Source: Octopus sinensis
Lineage: Eukaryota
Direction: 5' to 3'
DNA length: 64,000 bases
Assembly: GCF_006345805.1 (NCBI RefSeq)
Contig: NW_021833049.1
Location: forward strand, 22,472 to 86,471
In this document: piece after piece, positions 1 to 13,131 of the stretch
Layout of the letters: each line of letters begins with the position of its first letter
How positions within the stretch are numbered: position 1 is the first letter of the stretch
Translations under genes and position numbers: made by a program
The notes under the pieces: generated by a model
Told to the model about the DNA's origin: nothing
What the model saw: only the letters and a program-made list of their open reading frames with translations
The model's database searches: none

Positions 1-409
1 AAGAAATAGAAATCTAAATATGATCTTACACAATCATTGTATTCTGCTACTGCTTCATATATAGTCAGAAAATTATTCTTATTGTCTGATTGTTCTGTTT
101 CGTTGTTTTCCCCAAATGATAATTCTTGGCAAGCCAAAATTGCAATACAACAAATTAAACTTTTCAATATGTCATGATTTTTCTCTACTGATCTATTATG
201 GAACTGAATGGGAGCAGCTCTCTAGTGATCAATTGTTGTATCAATTTGTTGCTGCCCAACAGTTTTCAGAGCAATTATGGAATTCAGATGGTTCTGAGAT
301 TTTAGAGCTTTGGCAAAACTGTAATCAAATTGTGCAAATTGCAGTGGCCAGTAGTTGTTCATGTGTTCTAATACTAACAAAATGACAGACATGGGAAACA
401 GAACAATTC

Positions 410-560
410 GTGACTGTATTGTAAGAAGTTTGGTTCCCTACCACATGGTTCTGGGTTCAGTGCCACTGCGTGGCACCTTCGGCAAGTGTCTTCTACTGTA
501 TTCACAGGCCAACCAAAACCTTAGGAATGGATTTGGTAGACGGAAACTGTAAGAAGCCCA
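410..560 (+). repeat. tRNA-derived SINE fragment; related copies at ~36845-36940 (+), 46137-46297 (-), 62975-63120 (+), 63370-63525 (-)
   Basis: Recurrent motif gtaagaag..cc.accacatggttctgggttcagt.ccactgcgtggcacctt.ggcaagtgtcttctact with pol III A/B-box-like head, seen five times in the window. Confidence 0.75.
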
Positions 561-879
561 AAAGAAAAAATATAAAATATGCGGCTTTTGGTGCCCCTCA
601 CCCCAGAAGAACACCAATCATAAAACATACAGATATTTTCCATACACTTTTTCCTTGAAAACTCTTGTCGCCTTGCAACACCCCCAGAGGTGTTGATTTG
701 GTGTCAAGGGACATAACTCTAAACCCTTGCTTGGCTCATTGCATCATCTTTTTCAGAGCAACCACAAACCAGATGTGTTTGTTCACCGCCAACAATGGAG
801 AGCAGTCGGCATATTTCATTCCATAATTGCCATCTCTGAAGAGTGCAGGGTTACATAATTGGACTGTTACCTCTCAAGC

Positions 880-1110
880 TTATGATGGCATTAACTATGA
901 CGTGAAGGATATGACAGTTAGAGGATAGAGTAGAGACACTAGTGAAGAAAGAAGCCTTTATTAGGATCAAGGATCATAAACCAAGCAGCTCATCAGAAAA
1001 TCAATAACGCTGTTAGAAGGGCTTCTGGCGCCCTATGGCGTCACCTCAGTGAAGACATAACATGGTTTATAACCAATAGTGGAAGAGATAGGGTTCAGTT
1101 TAACCAATTA
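880..1110 (+). pseudogene. Degenerate Penelope-like RT remnant
   Basis: Translates to ...RVETLVKKEAFIRIKDHKP..., resembling the PLE RT motif AFITLKDHK; interrupted by stops. Confidence 0.4.
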
Positions 1111-1299
1111 GACATAGTGGACCTATATATATATATATATCTAAATCGAGGAAGATCCTTTATAAGGCACTGGATTTCGTTAGGTCATACACCGAAGTTA
1201 GTGATGAGGGCATACACATTATCACACACGCCAGAAGAACCCTTCTCTTCAATAAGGGGTTAGCTTGGGCCAAACACATTTTGTCGATCCCAAAACAAT

Positions 1300-1424
1300 G
1301 AGAGGTAAAGTAGTTGATCATGCCGGCATTTAAACTCATAATGTAAAAGCGGAAGAAATGACGTTAAGCATTTTTGTCCAGTGTGCTAACGATTTTGCTA
1401 GCTTGTCGACTTAATAATAATAAC

Positions 1425-1464
<40 letters not shown>

Positions 1465-1645
1465 GTTCTTTCAACTTAAGGCACAAGGCCTGAAATTTTG
1501 GGGGAAGTGACTAATTGATTACATTGACCCTAGTGTTTCTGGTACTTTATTTATCAACCACGAAAGGATGAAAGGCAAAGTCGACGTTGGCGGAATTTGG
1601 ACTCAGAACGTAGCAATGGGGGAAATACTGTTAAGCATTTTGTAC
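1300..1645 (-). repeat. Two SINE copies of the family arrayed at 58.8-59.9 kb, separated by (TAA)n
   Basis: Reverse complement of ttctgagt.caaattccgcc...gtcgactttgcctttcatcctttcg...gataaataaagtaccag. Confidence 0.75.
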
Positions 1646-2583
1646 AGAGCCCTCTTTGTAACTTTGTTTTCATGTCGTATCTCTTCGATCTAGACCCATT
1701 TAGTGGTGCTCCTACTCTCATGTCCTGTGAACATGTGCCTTAGCTCCACGACTCAACTCTCGTATTTCGCATCGAAGAACTGCTGGAGAGCCATTTGTAA
1801 TACCAGCATATCGGTTGCGATACCATTTTTAACTGTCTTTTTCTAATTTTCTTACTATCCAACCAATCTATTGTTCTTTGTCATTACTTCTTTACTATAA
1901 TCTATTGATTCTATTCTGATGACTCACCACTACCTGACAATCAGCTCTCACTTAGCTAATTCGCTGATCCAATCACTATAGAATTTCTGTACTGAGACTG
2001 ATGTGTTTAGTTACAGTAACCAGGTCTCTGGTTTTGAAGCCTGTTTATCCTTATACAGTTGCTTAAGAAATATTTTAGAAGCTCTCTGATTGGTTCATCA
2101 CAGTACAACATTCCTGTGACATAACAAGTGCGAGGAAAAGATATTTGAAATCTCATATTGTGATAAGAGATTTGATATCTAAGTTTGAATGACCTGGTTT
2201 GTTCAATGTCTCACGGTTTCTTGTTTTGGTGAAAATAATAAAACATCAGGGAGGAGTGCAGTCAAAATAACTGACAACAATGCGTGACTAGTATATCTTT
2301 TATCAACCGGAAAAAATTGCAAAACAAAATATTTATTTGTCCTTAAAAAAATGTTGTGACAAATGAAACACAATACAAAAAACAAATTTCTCAATGTTTA
2401 AACCAAGTAATTTGGTTTGTGTCTGTCTATGGTAGATGTGTGAGTGCATGTTAGTTATGACAGTAGCAGTAGTCGTTGTCACTGTCGCATTCTGTAGCCG
2501 AGCTTCAGAAACATAAGTTTGTGCAGCTGTTGATCTTCTGATTTTGGCTATGTTTCGATCACTGACCAGTTATCTGATAAACA

Positions 2584-2585
<2 letters not shown>

Positions 2586-2632
<47 letters not shown>

Positions 2633-2653
2633 CCTATCTGTCTGTCTGTCTGT

Positions 2654-2684
<31 letters not shown>

Positions 2685-2781
2685 CATGTCTGTCTTCCTG
2701 TCTGTCTGCCTGTCTGTCTGTCTATCTACCTACCTACACACACACACACACGCACACACACATAGAGAGAGAGAGAGAGAG
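2586..2781. repeat. Compound microsatellite (CTAT)n-(CTGT)n-(CTGC)n-(CA)n-(GA)n
   Basis: Seen directly; many further (TA)n, (CA)n, (GA)n, (TAA)n, (GAT)n and (CAA/CAG)n tracts occur across the window. Confidence 0.95.
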
Positions 2782-2934
2782 AAATATAGAAATATACAAG
2801 GTGTAAAGATACTGAAGATTCAGTATACACCACGTTGCCTTCCCTTGGTTCACTCCCTAGACTCATTCTTCTTATTCTTCAAACATCCAAAATGACGAAA
2901 CCCCTCTGTCACGAGAACTGATTACTGTACAATG

Positions 2935-2975
2935 TTCCTTGAAAAGCTAATTTAAATAGTGAAAACCGGTTGGAA
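2935..2975 (+). ncRNA. Minimal type I hammerhead ribozyme-like motif, U3:A8 core variant
   Basis: ttcc-TTGAAAA-gcta[atttaaa]tagt-GAAA-accg-GTT-ggaa; stems I and II pair and stem/loop III is palindromic (aaccggtt). Confidence 0.6.
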
Positions 2976-3100
2976 TTCCCGATATTGATATAATATGTAT
3001 ATATTTATAAATAGATATTAAACTATAAGAAACAAAGGCATTTCTCTTCTCCTTTTTATTTTTTTCTCTCTACATATTTTCAACTCCCTCCCTCTCTCTT

Positions 3101-3162
<62 letters not shown>

Positions 3163-3165
<3 letters not shown>

Positions 3166-3560
3166 TTATATATAAAAGTGAAGTTGTGTGTCTGTCTCCT
3201 ATGATTTAGATTCCTAACTACTCCCACATTTTGCAGTGCAGTTTAACCAAAACCGGGTATCTTATAGTCGTGATTCATATCGAGCCCTTCTGGGTATTAG
3301 CGCGCGTCTACGATGAGTCTACGATTTAAAAAAAAAATTTACCATCATTTTTTTCCATTTTAATGCATTTTTCGCTATTATATAAGGGAAGTAACTCTCT
3401 AAAAATGTCTACGATGAGTCAACGATTTAAAAAAAAAATTTACCATAATTTTTTTCCATTTTTAATGCATTTTTTTTCTATTTTTTGGCTATAACTCTCT
3501 AAAAATGGTTATATAGTTATTTCCCTTAGAAACCCGAGCAACGCCGGGCGATACTGCTAG
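3163..3560 (+). mobile_element. Non-autonomous Helitron-like element
   Basis: 5' TC (tctttatatataaaa), subterminal hairpin cccg.gcaacgccggg, 3' CTAG, inserted between A and T; same family at 53386-54400. Confidence 0.75.
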
Positions 3561-3589
3561 TATATATATATATATAACAAAATAATAAA

Positions 3590-3890
3590 TAAAACACATG
3601 CATATATACATACATATATGTACTTACCTACATCTATATGTATATATACATGTATATATGGGTACAGGACACCAAAAAAACGTTGAACACAATAAGAAAC
3701 GAAAACATAAAAACAAAACCAAGGAAACGGACATTTTTTTAAACAACGAAAAACAGAGTACAAGACATACAACACAAGGAAAATCCCCCTTCTTCAGCAG
3801 CCTCTGTTTCATCTACTCTGTGTTTCGAAGGTAAAGGCGAGACACGACTTTGTTGAAACAGTACTTCCTGCAAAGCAAATTAAATAAAAT
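3590..3890 (-). repeat. Interspersed AT-rich repeat, probably a PLE pLTR fragment; second copy at ~44880-45200
   Basis: Shared aaaaaacgttgaacacaat.agaaacgaaaacataaaaacaaaa...cttcttcag...gttgaaacagt.cttcc.gcaaagcaaattaaataaaat in both copies. Confidence 0.6.
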
Positions 3891-3894
3891 AGTA

Positions 3895-4945
3895 TGATCC
3901 GCTGGATGTATGTCAGTCTACATGCACGATAGTAGAGAAATGTTGGGCTTGAGAAGCATCAAATATGGTGTGCATGAGAAACGACTGCACTGGTATGGTC
4001 ATGTGTTATGTATAGATGAGGACAGCTGTGTGAGGAAGTGCCACTCCCTAACTGTGGAAGGAACCAGTGGAAGAGGTAGACCAGGAAGACATGGGATGAG
4101 GGGGTGAAGCATGACCATCGAACATTGGGCTTCACAGAGGCAATGACAGGAGACTGAGACCTTTGGAGATATGCTGTGATTGAGAAGACCCAGCAGCTAA
4201 AGTAAGATCGCAGCCATGGCCATTGCCAGTGTTGCATGTCCAGCCCATTTGAGAGTAGCCCTGATGTGTCGGGCGATATGATATGCTTGAGAAGACCTAT
4301 TGAGTCAAGTAAAACCAAAATCATAGCTATGGACAGTGCTCCTTGATTGGCTTCTGTTCCCATGGCATGTAGAATGCATCATTTAAACGTGGCTGATACC
4401 AGTGTCCCCTTACTGGCTCTTGTCTGGATGGCACATGAAAAGTACCATCCGAACATGGTCGATGCAAGGTCTGCATGACTGGATCCTATGCTGGTGACAC
4501 GTAAAAAGCACTATCCAAACGTGATCGATGCCAGAACCGCCTGACTGGCCCTCGTGCCAATGGAATATAAAAAGCACTATCCAAATGTGGCTGATGCCAG
4601 TACCCCTTGACTAGCTACCGTGCTGGTGGCACGTAAAAAGCACTATCCAAACGCAATCAATGCCAGGACCGCTTGACTAGTGTCTATGCCGGTGGCACGT
4701 AAAAAGCACTATCCGAACATGATCGATGCCAGGACCACCTGACTAGCTCCTGTGCCGGTGGCAGGTAAAAAGCACCCACTACACTCTTGGAGGGGTTGGC
4801 GTTAGGAAGGGCATCAAGCTGTAGAAACATTGCCACACCAGACTGGAGCCTGGTGCAGCTGCTGGCTCTCCAAACCTCGGTCAAACTGTGCAACCCACGC
4901 CAGCATGAAAACGGATATTAAACGATGATGATGATGTTGATGATA
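3895..4945 (+). mobile_element. 5'-truncated RTE-clade LINE 3' end with long 3' UTR of ~55-60-bp subrepeats and (GAT)n tail
   Basis: Peptide EKRLHWYGHVLCIDEDSCVRKCHSLTVEGTSGRGRP is the RTE C-terminus; repeated ggcacgtaaaaagcactatcc units; (GAT)n tail. Confidence 0.85.
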
Positions 4946-5240
4946 CATGAGGAGGTCTCCAAAAGTAACTGGAAACGTTCTCTGTGGGTAGCCTGTTGTA
5001 GTTCAGGCTTCTGCCGCTAAAGGCAACTTGATGCAACCCCCAGGCATCAGTCTACCGACCAGCATGCTCAGGTTACGTTGTATTGGCATGTGGTGCATCT
5101 TTGTTTTGCAGTGCTTCTCCCTTGTTCATCAATTTTTACAATGGCTGAAACGAAGGAACAGCATGCTTCCGTGAAATTTTGTATTTTGCTAGGAAAAACG
5201 GAGGCTGAAACAATTGTCATGCTTCAAACAGTTTACCATA
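4945..5240 (+). mobile_element. Mariner transposase 5' fragment
   Basis: TA-CATGAGG start; MAETKEQHASVKFCILLGKTEAETIVMLQTVY matches the mariner N-terminal HTH. Confidence 0.7.
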
Positions 5241-6090
5241 ATTTCAGTAATTTTGCCTTATGCACTACAGTAAACAACATACCAGCTGGTCGGTGGAGCA
5301 TGGTACTCACCAACCGTGGTAGAGATTGTGTAAGTAAATGTAGCATATTTGTGATACGACAATATATTTTCTATTTACCATAGCTTACTGGTGTAGTATT
5401 AAGATTATATTAGTGTTTGCAGTTGTAGAAAGGAAGTTATTTCAAGCAATGTGGAGAGATCAAAAGGGAGTGAGTTGAGGTATTGAAACTCTGGTGAGTG
5501 GTGATATCTGGCAACCTTGTGAATAGGCTGATCACCCGCAATTATATCAAGAAGTTGAACAGAGAGCATCATACGTTTGTCATTTGGGGCCTTGTCATAA
5601 CCCACTGATCTAAGAATGTAAGTACGAATAATTTTAACTTTCACATTTTTATCCTGTTTGTAATATGATAAATTTTAACTAAAATTATGAGAACAAAATT
5701 TTAATTAAATTCATTACCTATCGTTTCCGTTTTCTGAAATGGCTGAAAAAAAAAATCAATCAGGACAAGTGTATTGTTATTGTGGGTGTAATAATGTGTG
5801 TACTGTGAATGTGACCCTTTAATAATACACAAATGGCTTCTTTATTATTATTACATTAAAAAAATATTAAACTTTAATTTTTAAATACAATTTAAGAACA
5901 ATGCATTCACCAGATTCCAAAGATTATACCAGAATAATAATTTTCTTTTTAATACACAATGAAATGAAGAAAAAATTCAATTATAATTATAATTAAAGAA
6001 AAAACTAATTACCTTAACTAAATAAAGTTAAATAATAGAAACACTGAAATATTTGCGACAATATTAATTACTTTTATTCCTAATTTATAG

Positions 6091-7664
6091 ATGGCAAAGC
6101 AAGGTCCTATGGACATATTTATCAAGCCGAGACATCCAGTTGCTGAATGCAATTTTGAATCAGATGACGGCAATGTAAATGAAACTGAAGTATTGCTGGC
6201 AAAAAGAATTCATACTAGTGTCACTTGGAAATATGACTCCTCATACATTCAATTTGCTTTTGTAGACACAAATGATGGGGGGAATGCAAAAACCACTGTT
6301 TGTTATTTGTGGAGATGTATTGGCTAAAGACTCAATGAAGCCATCAAATCTCAAGAGACATTTAAATACAAAACATAAAGAAATGAGTTCAAAGCTGAAA
6401 GAGTTCTTTGAAAGAAAGTAGATACTTGAAGTGTCATACGTAAATACTTGTGCATGGTGGGCTTCTTATAAAGTAGCACTTCGAATTGCAAAGGCTAAAA
6501 AGTCATACATAATTGGTGGGATGCTAGTAATAGGCTGTATTCAAGATGTCTGTATGTAAATGCGAGGCAAGCTGGTGGTAGAGAAAGTGGCTCAGGTACC
6601 ACTTTCAAATGACACTATAGCTCGATGAATTCATGATCTGACTCATGATACGGAAGATCAGCTCATAGGACAGATTAAATTAGCAAAGTACTTTCCTTAG
6701 CAACTTGATGAGTGTACAGACTTTGCTAATCAAGCAATCCTGAAGGTGTATGTGCACTTTGAACATAAAGGTGATTTGAAGGAAGAGTTCTTTTTTTTTC
6801 TCTGCTTCACCACCAAGTAAAACAATTAGTTCTGAAGTGTTCAAGACTGTGAGCGATTACATCGTTAACAAATGTGGGTTGGATTTCGAGTTTTGTGTAG
6901 GTGTATGTTCTGATGGTGCTGCTTGTTTGTTTGTTGAGCGAAGTGGTCTTCGTCCCAGAGTGGGAGAAGTCCGAAACGTGGTCCTTTGCTATTCGTAAGA
7001 CCCGCAGAAGAGAAAGCAGGTCAACCCCCGACACCGAGAGCATCGACGGTAGGATGAATGTACATCCAGGCTCAGCAGTTGCGTAGGAAGTCGGGGATAA
7101 GAAACAGGAAGAAAGAGTGAGAGAAAGTTGGAGTGAAAGAGTACAACAGGGGTCACCACCACCCCCTGCCGGAGCCTCGTGGAGCTTTAGGTGTTTTTGC
7201 TCAATAAACACACACAACGCCTGGTCTGGGAATCGAAACCGTGATCCACAAACCGTGAGTCCGCTGCCCTAACCATTGGGCCATTGCACCTCCACTTGAT
7301 GGTGCTGCTGCAATGACTGGACAGCATTCAGGAGTGGTCACCCAGATTAAGGCGCTTGCCCCAGAATGCAAGTCAACATGCTGCTTTCTTTACCGAGAAA
7401 ATTTTGGAAAAAAAAATGTCAACAGAACTAAACAGTGTGCTCAGCGAGGTTGTGAAAGTTCTTCAGGACAAAGATCCAAATTGGTCACAATTGCTCAGAG
7501 ATGTGAATTGGTTAGCCAAGCTGGCTCATTTGACTGATATCTTTGCCATCTTTAATGATCTCAAAACCTCCATGCAGGGAACAATGGCTTTCTGGTTTAC
7601 ATTGGTAGACAAGATTGATGAACTGAAACGAAAGCTAGAAGCAGGGAAGAGTCAAGTGAAATGA
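6091..7664 (+). mobile_element. Degenerate hAT (Buster/ZBED5-like) transposase, interrupted by a SINE
   Basis: Motifs KYDSSYIQF, SMKPSNLKRHL, VPLSNDTIAR, QLDECTD, GVCSDGAAAMTGQHSGVV and WLAKLAHLTDIF; frameshifts and stops. Confidence 0.85.
6924..7296 (-). mobile_element. Full-length tRNA-derived SINE with 13-bp TSD
   Basis: TSD tgatggtgctgct at 6911-6923 and 7297-7309; minus strand begins gtggaggtgcaatggcccaatggttagggcagc...gtttcgattcc; same family at 25118-25429. Confidence 0.9.
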
Positions 7665-7920
7665 TGTGTTCATTGTAGGTTTCTAAATAAACTGAAATAC
7701 GTAATAAAGTCAACACAAGTCATCTTACTATTTCTTTTGTCCCTTCATTGATTTTTATAATATTGATTTTGTATTATATATTTGTCTATATGTGTTTACT
7801 TTATGCGTATTTCAGTAATATAATATGTATACTGGTCATATATTTGTGTACATCATTAATATATAAGTGTATGAGGATGTATGTATTCAAATATAAGTTT
7901 ATATGTACATTCATGCATTC

Positions 7921-7965
<45 letters not shown>

Positions 7966-8039
7966 GGGGTGTCGGTTTCTAAAACTTCAAAGTTGATTAA
8001 CGTTTTCATGGTTGGATTTGTAAACTACAATAAGAATAA

Positions 8040-9090
8040 CACTGGTCAACAAAGAATTTGTTCCAAGAAAAAGAATACCTGTATCTTATATGTTTTTGCA
8101 TGCAGAATGCAAAAATAATGTCAAATTATCTGTATCACCCACAGTTTCTCTCTTCCATGATATCCATCTCAGTTCCTGTTATGTGAGCTATATTTCGGTT
8201 AAGCTGTTGAAATATGAAGCTAACGGTTTAAGAAATACTGCTAATTTAAATGTTTATGAATAGAATTAACCTAGTGAAATCATAAATCCAGCTAGCTGAG
8301 TCAATGAGTCCCTGAAGCTTGGCAATACTGAGTTGATGCATCATTGATGCTTTGTCAGTACTGTGCATGAAGTGTAGGTGTGCAGTTGTGTACTAAGTTC
8401 ACATGTTCCATTCACCTTCATAATGCCATGAAACTGTATAAGTATTGCAAGCAACTTTTGCTATATTTGCGTTGGCTTAACATTCAAAGTCACAAAGATA
8501 GTGATTCATACTATTGATTAAAAAGTGCTATGTGCATTATTTTGATTGCAAAGTGGGTGACCAGGATAAAAGCTGGGCCCCTCATGTGTGTTGTGTAACC
8601 TGTGTCAGGCTTCTCACTGTATGGGCCAAAGGTTCATGCTGTATGCCTTTTGCTGTCCTTTTGATTTGGAGGGAGTCCAAAGATCACACTTCAGGTTGCT
8701 ACTTCTGCATGACGAATATGCAAGATATAACATTAAATCCGAGCATACTGTAAGATATTCTAATTTACAATCTGTTATGAGACCAGTACTTCACAGTCAA
8801 CACATCCCTGTACCTGACCCTCAAAAACAAATGACACTTAGTGATGACAAGTCAAGTGATGAAAATATGGAGAAAGAAACAGAAGACATAGACTTTGAGC
8901 CTAATTGTTCTACAAGCGAACCACATTTGTTGAGTCAGGGAGATCTGAATGATCTTGTGCAGGATTTAAACTTGTCAAAAAAGCAGACTGAACTTCTGGG
9001 TTCCAGATTAAAGAGCTAGAATCTTCTCCAGAAAGAAAACAAAGTTAGTTTTTATTATGCTCAGCATTGTAAGTTTGCAAATTCTTTTCT
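8040..9090 (+). mobile_element. Chapaev3-like (CMC) DNA transposon, 5' part
   Basis: Terminal cactggtcaacaaa; motifs VGDQDKSWAPHVCCVTC, MPFAV..IWRE.KDH.SGCYFC and PHLLSQGDLNDLVQDLNLSK; family assigned from recalled motifs. Confidence 0.7.
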
Positions 9091-9577
9091 CACTTGAGGC
9101 GGCATCGTCTTTCTTGCGGCCGAAAGCCTCTCTTCGCATGTCGAGCGAAGGGAAGTGCTGTTCTTGGTTAAGGCTGATGCAAAAACGGATATTGCTCCTT
9201 GGTCTGGCTGACACCTAACAGCCGGTATTGCTCCTGGGTCATAGCTGACACATGAGAGTAAGATAGAAAATTCTCTCTGTTAACCTTAAACAAAGGAATG
9301 ACCTTTCCTTGACCAGTACAGCTCCTAGTGTGGAGGGTTTCCCGCTCGTTTTGACAAGCAACAAGCCGATGAATTTGGGTTTCAAATCTCAGGCAGAGTC
9401 ATGCTAGACCCTTACAGATTCTTTAATTTACGAGACAAAGTAATTGGTTGATCGTAATCAAAATTCAGAGTTGCATCGATACACCAAAATTGAAAGCAAT
9501 CTGAGCAAAATTAAAGGGGGTACATTTTGCGAATGAAAGATCCGAATTGCGTTTTCCATATCTTGAAAGACAGAGAA

Positions 9578-9610
<33 letters not shown>

Positions 9611-9691
9611 ACACACACACACACACACACACCACACACACACACACAGAGGCACGCACGCACGCAAATACACACACACACATACACACGC

Positions 9692-10105
9692 GATCTCTCA
9701 TGGCTTTCAAGGTAAGGGCGTTCACTTCTTCTTTGTTCGTTTATAAAGAATTAATATTTTATTGTATGGCATTACTACAGATGTATACCCCATCTTCCAA
9801 CAAATCTTTACATACATCAATCTACAGGATCTAAGCGATTATTTGTTGAAAGTTTCGTTAAATAGTATCCATTTTAGATTACTTTTTAACGAAATTTTCA
9901 GCAAATAATCGCTTAGATCAGTGGTTCCCAATCGATTTTTGGCCGTGCCCCATCCAATCATTTCTGATGCCCCTTGTGATATTTAATTTTTGTTATTCAA
10001 AATTCGGTTAATGCTTACCCGTAAACATAATAAAGAAAAAATAATGCAACGGATGTAAGAAAAAAATGTGTAGGAAACGAGTATGAAAAAGAAAAAAAAA
10101 ATTGC
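9692..10105. repeat. Interspersed repeat containing a ~92-bp hairpin (9828-9919); inverted copy at 51247-51650
   Basis: Long near-identical reverse-complement match between the two loci. Confidence 0.85.
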
Positions 10106-10245
10106 GCGGGGCAGACTTCCAAAATTCACAAGACCCGAGTTTTTCCCTGAAAAATGAAATTTAATATAAATACCTGTAGGATTTGTTATCTATCTATGTG
10201 TGATATATGCATTTGTTGGGTGCTTCACACATTTCCCTACAATGT

Positions 10246-10618
10246 TGTAGAAAGGAATAAAACGGCAGGAACACGAATCTCTGAACAAATAACAATAATA
10301 GTTTATTTTTCACCGAAGGAGATATTTCATCGCTGAACATCGGTAGCGTGAACGCCAGGGATAGGATAGGAAACAGAAGAGTTGGATTAAATCTCCATGG
10401 TTGAAACAGTCTTCACCGCCCGCCGAGTCTGGTTCGCCTCCGCTCGGCGCCTTGTCGGGTCACGTCTTAATTCGTCGACCGTCTTGAGATCGAGTAGCGG
10501 GAAAAGCTAACTACTGCTGATTACTGCGCGTGCGCATAAGGGGGCTCCCAGCAGGCCTACCGGAAGACACCAAACATTGCACATGCGCAGATGAACATCC
10601 CAAAATGGCGTCACTACA
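10246..10618 (-). mobile_element. 3' LTR of a Gypsy retrotransposon
   Basis: TGTAG...CTACA termini; PPT-like aatggggagcct immediately upstream on the minus strand; lies downstream of the integrase. Confidence 0.7.
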
Positions 10619-11058
10619 AGGCTCCCCATTGAGTGCGGAGCACGAGAATATAAAGATTGTAGTGGCACCAGAAACAAGATAGCTACCGATCTACCACAGA
10701 TGAGGCACAAAATATGACAACTCAAGAAAAATTGTAATTACAATATAAATGAGCATGCAAAAGAAAAACAAAAATTTTCTTCAAGAAATGTTCAATAACA
10801 AAACATTGAAATGTCCAATACACAAGAGAATATAATGTGTACACACGTACACATTATGTATGCACGACCGCCATGTCTAATTGTCCAAGCGTTCTAATTT
10901 CACCTTTTCGCTACAGTTATGCCCATTTACTTTATAATTGTCGTTTTGTCTGATAAGGGAGCTCTGTAGCGTTTGTACAATACTTTATCCCTCTCTGAGA
11001 GAATATCACGCAATGACAGTCACGAATACACCATTGTTTGTACTCACAATAGAAAATG

Positions 11059-12955
11059 TCAAATGTAAATAGTCTTTGCAAGTTTCTTAGGCCAGTGAAC
11101 AGTTCGGCCAGTCCTGGTAACATAGGATTTGATCGAGGCAGGTTGCGACAACGAAGGTGGTGTTGTAGGTGCTGGTGTTGTCAGAGGTGCATGTGTAAGT
11201 GATGGTGTTGACAAAGGTGCACGTGTAGGTTCAAAGGTGGGCGTGGCAGCGGTGTCATCGAAAGATGTGGACACCTCAGAATATGCTCGTTTAAGTCTAT
11301 CTACAGAAACGGTCTCCGAGCGACCATTCACATCGATTGTTAAAAACTTTGGGTGTGCGAGAAAGCACACGAAAAGGTCCTCTGTAAGGAGAAACAAGAG
11401 GTCCCTTGACATAGTCATCTTGAATAAAAACATGCGACCAAGAATCAATATCTGACGGGACATTAGAGGGTGAAGATTGGTCCCGGGAACCCATGGGAGG
11501 AAGATTAGAAAAATAGGTGCGAAGTCTGGCGACGTATGACGCCGGATCATTAAGCCGTGAAATGTCTGGTACCAACAACGTACCAGGCAACGCTAGTGTG
11601 GTACCATACAATAGCTCTGCAGAGGAAAAACCCAAGTCTGCTATGACAGCAGTACGACAACCAAGAAACACAATGGGCAGAAATTCAGTCCAGGACTGCG
11701 GATCTGGAGAGGCACGAAGAGCGGCCTTGAGCTGCCTATGAAACCGTTTGACCTTCCCATTGGAAGCTGGATGGTAACTGATCGTGCGAATATGATGCAC
11801 ACCTAGAATACGTGACAATTCACGAAATAAGGAAGCTTCAAACTGGCGTCCACGATCAGTAGTTAAACTGGACGGAACTCCGAAACGGGAAATCCAGTTA
11901 GAGACAAAAGCTTGAGCAACAGATTCAGCAGAAATGTCTGCTATAGGAATGGCTTCCGGCCAACGGGAGAAACGATAGATACAAGTCAAGATGTAAGAGA
12001 ACCCGCGACTCACAGGCCATGGTCCAACCAAGTCAATGTGGACAAGGCGAAAACGGGCCTCCAGAGGAGAAAACTGTCCAAGCGGAGCACGAATGTGTCG
12101 CTGGACCTTGGAGCGTTGGCACTGGGAGCAACTACGTGTCCAAGACGTAATTGTGCGACGCATATTCGGCCAGAAAAACCGAGCAGTGATAAGCTTAAGT
12201 GTGGCAGCGATGCCCGGATGCGACAAGGAGTGCAGGGCCTCAAACACTGAGCGTTGGTGATTCTCAGGCACCAGTGGCCTGGGAGAACCAGTAGAAGTAT
12301 CATAAAGAATAGTTCCTTCAGCCGATGGAAGCGGAAAATATGCAAATTGGCAACAAGAAAACCTTGGCGAAGTTAAATCTAACGTCGCCAGGGCTGGTTG
12401 GTCCTGCGAAATGGTAGTCAAGTTGATTTCAGCAGGTGATGAAAGGGAACAGACTGGAAGACGAGAAAGAGCGTCAACAGGAACGTTCTCTTTTCCAGGT
12501 ATGTGACGAATGTCACTGGTAAATTGTGAAATAAAATCCAGGTGACGGAAAGCACGAGGCAAGAGTTTGTCCGTCTTAGACGATAGGGCAAACGTAAGAG
12601 GCGTGTGATCAGTATAGATCACAAAATCTCGCCCTTCGAGTTGATGTTGAAAACGACGAATTGACAGGTAGATCGTCAAGAGTTTGCGATCAAAAGTGCT
12701 GTACCGCAGCTCAGCCAGTTGTAACTGGCGAGAGAAGAAAGCTAGAGGTCGAGTCTGATCGTCCACTGTGTGTTGCAGTACCGCGCCGACCGCAGTGTCC
12801 GATGCATCCACTGTTAACGAGAGTGAAGCATCGGGAATCGGATGTGCTAGCAACGGGACAGAAACTAATTCCTTCTTGATGGACTCGAAAGCAGATAATA
12901 CTTCAGCAGAGAGGATGAGTGGACCGTCCTTTTTAGAGGTGTCCTTTAAACCCAC
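11059..12955 (-). mobile_element. pol: Gypsy pol fragment: RNase H and integrase, with one frameshift near the C-terminus
   Basis: [14 protein letters not shown] and YTDHTPL (RNase H); H-x-x-H..C-x-x-C zinc finger; [23 protein letters not shown] (integrase); PYRGPFRV (GPY/F). Confidence 0.95.
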
Positions 12956-12965
12956 ATGAAATATA

Positions 12966-13010
<45 letters not shown>

Positions 13011-13088
13011 AGATTAGATCGTATACGAGTGGGTATATATTTGTAAAAAAGAAGTTTGAAAATGCCACTATATTAGATAAATTTTAAA

Positions 13089-13131
13089 TTTTACATGTTT
13101 CGGTTCTTGAAATAACGAACCTTATCAAAAA
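13089..13131 (-). ncRNA. Minimal HHR-like motif (U3:A8 core); second copy at 14821-14863
   Basis: Minus strand reads ttt-TTGATAA-ggttc[gttatttcaa]gaacc-GAAAC-AT-GTA-aaa; stem I is weak. Confidence 0.6.

Noticed and set aside
116-385. 89-aa ORF as a possible host exon
   Set aside because: No recognisable domain or convincing splice sites
3785-3835. Possible type II HHR (GAAAC…GTA…CTGAAGA on the minus strand; also ~45080-45125)
   Set aside because: Stem I register does not fit, and the second copy lacks GAAA
7205-7296. tRNA gene
   Set aside because: tRNA-like head of a SINE with body and TSD; not an independent cloverleaf
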